Shown piece after piece: positions 17,053 to 21,250 of a stretch of 21,250 bases of DNA. Numbering within the stretch: position 1 is the stretch's first letter; each line of letters opens with the position of its first letter. The stretch is from Patescibacteria group bacterium (GTDB lineage Bacteria; Patescibacteriota; Minisyncoccia; Phycocordibacterales; UBA12445): the NCBI GenBank assembly GCA_022710205.1, contig JAKLHJ010000004.1:1-21250 (forward strand). The letters are read 5' to 3'. Both the position numbers and the translations under genes were made by a program. The notes beneath the pieces are model-generated. The model was not told the DNA's origin. It made no database searches and saw nothing but the letters and a program-made list of their open reading frames with translations.

Positions 17053-18918
17053 TTATTCAGCGTCTCTGATATTATCATCTTTCTTCGGTTCTTCGGCACC
17101 TGCGGCCTGGCCCTGATTCTGCTTCATCATATATTCGCCGATCTTTTGCATTTCAACAACGAGAGCATCCGAGGCCTTCTTGATAGTCTCTATATCTCCT
17201 CCGTCCTTAACTTTTTTGAGTTCGTCTATCTTTGCGGTGACGCCGCTCTTTATCTCATCTGTAATTTTACCCTCAGCGTCCTTTAGTGCCTTTTCTGCGG
17301 TTACGATAACACCTTCGGCGTGATTTCTGACATCAATCTCCTCTTTTTTCTTTTTGTCTTCCTCAGCATGTAACTCGGCCTCCTTCTTCATTCTCTCGAT
17401 ATCCGTCTCCTTAAGACCGCCTCTAGCCTCTATCTTTATAGACTGGGCCTTTCCTGTCGTCTTCTCTTTGGCGGTAACACTCAAAATTCCGTTCACATCA
17501 ATATCAAAAGTTACCTCTACCTGAGGCACGCCTCGTGGCGCAGGCGGAATCCCCTCAAGGGTGAATTTACCGAGAGTCTTGTTGTCTGCAACCATAGGCC
17601 TTTCTCCCTGAACAACGTGAATATCAACAGATGTCTGGCTGTCTGCGGCGGTAGAAAATACCTGCGACTTTGATGTCGGTATCGTTGTATTTCTTTCTAT
17701 AAGCCTTGTCGCAACTCCTCCCAACGTCTCGATACCGAGAGAAAGCGGGATAACGTCGAGAAGAAGCACGTCTTTAACTTCTCCCTGTAAAATACCTCCC
17801 TGAATAGCGGCTCCAACAGCCACAACTTCATCCGGGTTAATAGATCTGTTTGGTTCCTTACCAAAAAGGTTTCTTACGGCGTCAATAATGGCCGGCATTC
17901 TAGTCTGACCTCCAACCAAAATAACTTCTTCAACTTCAGAAAGCTTCAGGCCGGATGCCTCTACCGCTCTTTTTGTTATTTCAATGGATCTATCAATATA
18001 TTCCTTTGCGAGCTCTTCCAGCTTTGCTCTGGTCATCTTCAAAAGAAGGTGCTTTGGACCTGTGGCGTCAGAAGTAATGAATGGGATATTAATTTCCACC
18101 TCCTTAACAGTAGAAAGTTCATGCTTCGCTTTTTCAGCCGCCTCCTTTAGCCTCTGCTTTGCAAGCGGATCGGCGGAAACATCAATACCGCTCTCTTTTT
18201 TGAATTCCTCAGCGACCCACTTCATTATCTTCTGGTCTATGTCTTCTCCGCCCATGTGGCTATCTCCGTCAGTGGACTTCACCTCGATAACATCATCCCC
18301 GACATCAAGGACAGAAACATCAAATGTTCCTCCTCCGAAGTCATAAACGGCAATTTGCTCGTTCTTTTTCTTGTCAAAACCATAAGCCAAGGCCGCCGCA
18401 GTAGGCTCATTCAAGATCCTTCTTACCTTGAAACCGGCAATTTCTCCGGCATCCTTTGTGGCCTTTCTCTGTGAATCACTAAAATAAGCGGGAACTGTAA
18501 TAACAGCCTCCTCGATCTTCTCACCAATCTTGGCCTCCGCGTCTGTCTTCAATTTCTGCAAAACCATCGCGGACACCTCCTCCGGAGTATATTCTTTGTC
18601 GTTCATCTTTACCTTAACACCACCATCAGAAGATTTAACGATAGCAAAAGGCACGGAGCCTCTATCTCTTTCGACTTCCTTGTCTTCATATCGGTGGCCC
18701 ACAAGCCTCTTAATGCCATAAATCGTGTTCTGCGGATTTGTTATACTCTGTCTTTTCGCGAGCTGGCCGACGATCCTTTCTCCCGCCTTAGACACGGCAA
18801 CTATAGAAGGAGTCGTTCTTGCCCCATCTGAATTCTCTATGATTTTCGGCTGACCACCCTCAACAACAGCCATCGCCGAAAAAGTTGTACCCAAATCTAT
18901 TCCTAATATTTTTGCCAT
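17053..18918 (-). CDS. dnaK: Chaperone DnaK (Hsp70).
   Basis: 621 aa with the N-terminus '[19 protein letters not shown]'. The nucleotide-binding and substrate-binding domains are recognisable throughout. Confidence 0.95.
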   Translation of the reverse strand: MAKILGIDLGTTFSAMAVVEGGQPKIIENSDGARTTPSIVAVSKAGERIVGQLAKRQSITNPQNTIYGIKRLVGHRYEDKEVERDRGSVPFAIVKSSDGGVKVKMNDKEYTPEEVSAMVLQKLKTDAEAKIGEKIEEAVITVPAYFSDSQRKATKDAGEIAGFKVRRILNEPTAAALAYGFDKKKNEQIAVYDFGGGTFDVSVLDVGDDVIEVKSTDGDSHMGGEDIDQKIMKWVAEEFKKESGIDVSADPLAKQRLKEAAEKAKHELSTVKEVEINIPFITSDATGPKHLLLKMTRAKLEELAKEYIDRSIEITKRAVEASGLKLSEVEEVILVGGQTRMPAIIDAVRNLFGKEPNRSINPDEVVAVGAAIQGGILQGEVKDVLLLDVIPLSLGIETLGGVATRLIERNTTIPTSKSQVFSTAADSQTSVDIHVVQGERPMVADNKTLGKFTLEGIPPAPRGVPQVEVTFDIDVNGILSVTAKEKTTGKAQSIKIEARGGLKETDIERMKKEAELHAEEDKKKKEEIDVRNHAEGVIVTAEKALKDAEGKITDEIKSGVTAKIDELKKVKDGGDIETIKKASDALVVEMQKIGEYMMKQNQGQAAGAEEPKKDDNIRDAE

Positions 18919-18925
18919 AGTTTAA

Positions 18926-18960
18926 TCAATTATCAATTAATAATTACGAATTACGAATTT
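18926..18960. repeat. ~35-nt AT-rich element with tandem AATTACGAATT motifs immediately upstream of dnaK. It is in inverted orientation relative to the copy in the dnaK-dnaJ spacer.
   Basis: The sequence is aattatcaattaataattacgaattacgaatt, with motifs at 18942-18952 and 18949-18959. It matches the reverse complement of 17008-17050 (aattatcaatta[cgaatta]ataattacgaattt). Confidence 0.55.
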
Positions 18961-18970
18961 TATTTTTTGT

Positions 18971-19054
18971 TGTCATCTCGAGCTTGTCGAGAGATCTCTT
19001 CATTTCTGAATTATAAGCGATTCCTCGACAAGCTCGGAATGACACTGGTTTTTT
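18971..19054 (+). other. Long imperfect hairpin followed by a plus-strand T-run in the grpE-dnaK spacer. This is a terminator-like structure antisense to the chaperone operon.
   Basis: The 26-nt arms are tgtcatctcgagcttgtcgagagatc 18971-18996 and gattcctcgacaagctcggaatgaca 19019-19044, with 3 mismatches and a 22-nt loop containing TATAAT. A plus-strand ctggTTTTTT follows at 19045-19054. On the minus (operon) strand no U-run follows. Confidence 0.5.
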
Positions 19055-19081
19055 AATTCCTGCTTCCTTATTCTTTCTTCT

Positions 19082-19666
19082 TTAATTTTTATACACTCCC
19101 ACCTTCACTTTCGCCGGTCTTAAAACTTTATTTTTATATTTATATCCTCTCTGATTGATAGCTAATATCTTTCCGTCCTCACTCTCTGCGACACCCTCCG
19201 TCTCAACCGCCTGATGTAAGGCCGGATCGAATTTTTCTCCCTCCTCTCCAAACTGCGTGAGCCCCATTCCGGAAAAAGTATTTACGAGACTTCCATATAT
19301 ACCCTCAATGCCAACCCTCCAATTCTTTGGAACTTCTTCCCACGACACTTTGTTACGAAACGCCATATCGAAGTTGTCGGCGACCGGTATTATTTCTGAA
19401 AGTATCTTTTCGCGGATAAGAGGCTCCAATTCAGATAAATTCTTAGCCTCATCTTTCTTTGCGTTCGCATAATCCGCCTTTGATCTCTGCCAACCATCCA
19501 AATACTGCTTCTTTTCCTCTTCGCAGATCCGGAGCCTTTCGCGGAGTTTCTTGACCACTTTCATCTGGTCACCCTCCTCTTCATCAATAATTATATCATC
19601 CGTGTCAAGCGTCACCTCCTCCTCATTATTTACTTTTTTTGTGTCTTCGTATTCCATTTTGATCAC
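19082..19666 (-). CDS. grpE: Nucleotide exchange factor GrpE.
   Basis: 194 aa with an acidic N-terminus and a coiled-coil 'LRERLRICEEEKKQYLDGWQRSKADYANAKKD'. The C-terminal 'IPVADNFDMAF...LHQAV' is typical of GrpE. Confidence 0.85.
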   Translation of the reverse strand: MIKMEYEDTKKVNNEEEVTLDTDDIIIDEEEGDQMKVVKKLRERLRICEEEKKQYLDGWQRSKADYANAKKDEAKNLSELEPLIREKILSEIIPVADNFDMAFRNKVSWEEVPKNWRVGIEGIYGSLVNTFSGMGLTQFGEEGEKFDPALHQAVETEGVAESEDGKILAINQRGYKYKNKVLRPAKVKVGVYKN

Positions 19667-19731
19667 GAAATATAACTCTTAATTAAAGAACACCGCTTTC
19701 GATTGAGCGATGATTTCTTCTTGTTAGCTGT

Positions 19732-19760
19732 ATTTTACTTATGGAGACTACGCATGTCAA
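19732..19760 (-). promoter_or_regulatory. Consensus sigma70-type promoter reading toward grpE: TTGACA, a 17-nt spacer, then TAAAAT.
   Basis: On the minus strand: ggacgTTGACAtgcgtagtctccataagTAAAATacagc. On the plus strand the -35 is tgtcaa 19755-19760 and the -10 is atttta 19732-19737. This predicts a ~58-nt leader to the grpE ATG at 19666. It is immediately preceded on the minus strand by the G-tract GGGGAGGGTGAGGGAGG (19764-19780). Confidence 0.5.
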
Positions 19761-19806
19761 CGTCCTCCCTCACCCTCCCCGATAGCGAAATTGCAAATTA
19801 AATCGC

Positions 19807-19830
19807 ACAAGCGGACCTTAGTCCGCTTGT
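19807..19830. other. Perfect 10-bp hairpin acaagcggac-ctta-gtccgcttgt.
   Basis: Seen directly. On the minus strand it is followed by a T-rich stretch (gcgatttaatttgcaatttc). It is a possible terminator for the murF transcript, upstream of the grpE promoter. Confidence 0.4.
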
Positions 19831-19870
19831 TCCTTATTCGTCCTTACCACCAAAATAGCGATAATTTCAA

Positions 19871-20005
19871 GAAGAGAAAATAAATATTTAGAGACTTCGC
19901 AGGCCGAATTAGCATGGCTCGAGCGGAGCGAGATAATGAGGCCGAGACTGAATGCCGGCCCTCGCAGGGGGCCGGACATGTACTCTAAATATTTATTTTC
20001 TCTTC
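19871..20005. repeat. 135-bp element: 23-bp perfect terminal inverted repeats (gaagagaaaataaatatttagag / ctctaaatatttattttctcttc) enclosing an 89-nt GC-rich core. The right arm encodes the last codons and the stop of murF.
   Basis: The arms are 19871-19893 and 19983-20005 and are exact reverse complements. The core is GC-rich with internal sub-hairpins (ccggccc-tcgca-gggccgg) and a direct repeat tcgcagg. The murF stop codon (19993-19995) lies inside the right arm. No target-site duplication is evident. Confidence 0.6.
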
Positions 20006-21135
20006 CACTCTCTATCCTGTCTTACAAGATGCGATGTATCATTCTTTTCTTTTGAAATTATCGCTTCCACCACCTTCTCCATTCTTGTCCCCTGCGATCC
20101 CTTAACCAATATTGAATCACCTTCTTTCATATATTCAGCCACAAAGTCGGCGGCAGACACCGAATCTTTAAATTCGTGTATATTGAGAGCGCTCATTCCC
20201 GCAGACTGCGCTCCGTCGGCAAAAAATTTACCTTTGCCGCCCACAGTGACGAGCTCATCACATATCTCAGGAATAATTTTACCAATATTTATGTGCGCCC
20301 CCTCTGTATGAGAGCCCAGCTCTAGCATATCACCCAAGACGGCGATCTTTCTTCCCTTGCTCTTTATCTCCTTAAACGACTGAAGCGCCATCTCAAGAGC
20401 CACCGGAGAGGAATTGTATGTGTCATCTATAACTAGCGTGTTTTTGTTGCCGTGAAGCGGCTTAAATCTTCCCGGAGGACCGCTGTGGTCCCGGAGCACG
20501 TCTATCATTTTTACAAAATTCAAACCTTGCGACACCCCGACAGAAAAAGCGGCGAGCGCTGTGTAAACATTTTGTTTGCCGAATATTCCGTTCAACCTTA
20601 CGGGAAAATTACCGCCATCATAATCTACCTTGAATGCGATACCTCTTGGCATTATCTCGTCCCCTCCCTCCTCATATACAATGTGATAATTAGAAGCTAA
20701 AAGATCGGAGCCTTTTCCAAAACCGAAAGTTATTTTTCGGTTATCAGTCTTCTCCCTTAATTTCATTATCGAAGGGTCGTCATTGTTCAAAACCAATATT
20801 CCGCCGTCTTTCAATGTTCTTATAAGATGAGATTTCTCTTTCACGACCTCTTTCTGATTCTGAAACTGCTCTATATGTACCGGTATCTCGGCAATCCTTG
20901 TCATAACAACAACGTCGCTCTTTAGCCACTTGGATACGCTCAAAATATCTCCCGGCTTATCGGCGCCGACTTCAAGCACGAGCCACGCCGGATATTTGTG
21001 AGGAAAAATTATGAGCGACGCGCCCTTTATGATATTCACTAACCAAGCAAGCGGATCTGTCCATGCATTTTTTAATCCGAGAATAGTAAGAGGGAGACCT
21101 ATCTCACTGTTAAAACTTTTCTCGCTCTTCCCCAA
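19993..21135 (-). CDS. murF: Mur ligase, MurF-like (UDP-MurNAc-tripeptide-D-Ala-D-Ala ligase): central and C-terminal domains only. The N-terminal domain and canonical P-loop appear to be missing.
   Basis: 380 aa. 'NSEIGLPLTILGL', 'IDDTYNSSPVALEMAL' and 'LVKGSQGTRME' match MurF central/C-terminal motifs. The track's start codon is TTG, and all three minus-strand frames contain stops between 21200 and 21250. The aligned position of the GxxGKT P-loop reads 'HIPFLGKS'. Confidence 0.6.
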   Translation of the reverse strand: MGKSEKSFNSEIGLPLTILGLKNAWTDPLAWLVNIIKGASLIIFPHKYPAWLVLEVGADKPGDILSVSKWLKSDVVVMTRIAEIPVHIEQFQNQKEVVKEKSHLIRTLKDGGILVLNNDDPSIMKLREKTDNRKITFGFGKGSDLLASNYHIVYEEGGDEIMPRGIAFKVDYDGGNFPVRLNGIFGKQNVYTALAAFSVGVSQGLNFVKMIDVLRDHSGPPGRFKPLHGNKNTLVIDDTYNSSPVALEMALQSFKEIKSKGRKIAVLGDMLELGSHTEGAHINIGKIIPEICDELVTVGGKGKFFADGAQSAGMSALNIHEFKDSVSAADFVAEYMKEGDSILVKGSQGTRMEKVVEAIISKEKNDTSHLVRQDREWKRK

Positions 21136-21144
21136 AAATGGGAT

Positions 21145-21250
21145 ATGAAAATTCTGGTCGTTGATGGTAATTCTCCTGATGGTACAGGAAAAGTTGTCAC
21201 TGACAAATCAAAAAAATGGAAAAATACTTTTCTTTACACTGAAACTAGCA
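21145..21250 (+). CDS. Partial ORF, possibly a glycosyltransferase family-2 (Dpm1-like) fragment. It is divergent from and abuts the murF start.
   Basis: ATG at 21145, open to the window end: 'MKILVVDGNSPDGTGKVVTDKSKKWKNTFLYTETS'. 'VVD(D/G)xSxDGT' is the GT2 DxD-region signature. The expected upstream 'PTYNE' region is absent in this frame. Confidence 0.3.
   Translation, partial: MKILVVDGNSPDGTGKVVTDKSKKWKNTFLYTETS

Noticed and set aside
16973-19081. CIRCE (HrcA) or HAIR (HspR) operators in the dnaK/dnaJ/grpE control regions.
   Set aside because: Neither TTAGCACTC-N9-GAGTGCTAA nor CTTGAGT-N7-ACTCAAG is present. The repeats found are a different motif (AATTACGAATT).
1-21250. CRISPR arrays, rRNA genes, transposase or integrase genes.
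   Set aside because: No regularly spaced direct repeats are seen. No rRNA-like conserved blocks are seen. No ORF has recognisable DDE, tyrosine- or serine-recombinase motifs. The only mobile-element-like signals are small non-coding repeats.

Overview
The window is an AT-rich (about 40% GC by eye, not computed) bacterial chromosomal segment. Its character points to a small-genome Patescibacteria/CPR-like organism: weak or absent Shine-Dalgarno sequences, a tandem family of small TrbC/VirB2-like two-helix membrane proteins, and a lamin-tail-domain protein. That lineage call is inference.

Feature order across the window:
- 3' end of a peptidoglycan-binding-domain gene (1-479), followed by a terminator.
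- A GC-rich, highly structured non-coding stretch (~520-800).
- tRNA-Leu(TAG) on the minus strand (890-970), with two trailer hairpins and an inverted 14-nt copy of its own 3' end.
- A compositionally foreign, high-GC two-gene island: an SPFH/band-7 protein (1219-2490) and a 3-helix membrane partner (2474-3205), closed by a bidirectional terminator.
- Five tandem TrbC/VirB2-like small membrane protein genes (3307-5180, minus), with an upstream solute-binding protein gene and a SAM methyltransferase gene.
- A minus-strand gyrA operon: an MBL-fold-like gene, a small membrane protein gene, then gyrA.
- A lamin-tail-domain/Cys-rich protein gene and a convergent hypothetical gene.
- A cloverleaf-like structured element immediately upstream of corA, then corA and cysS.
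- A convergent PLD-family gene that directly follows dnaJ within the minus-strand heat-shock cluster grpE-dnaK-dnaJ.
- A murF-like ligase gene that appears to lack its N-terminal domain and P-loop.
- A partial glycosyltransferase-2-like ORF at the 3' edge.

No CRISPR array, rRNA gene or recognisable transposase/integrase was found.

The most notable non-genic signals are:
- an AATTACGAATT motif clustered only around dnaK, as a ~35-nt element in inverted orientation on both sides of the gene;
- a long imperfect hairpin with an antisense T-run in the grpE-dnaK spacer;
- a consensus sigma70 promoter preceded by a G-tract upstream of grpE;
- a 23-bp perfect inverted repeat enclosing an 89-nt GC-rich core that supplies the last codons of murF;
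- the foreign-composition SPFH island next to the tRNA.
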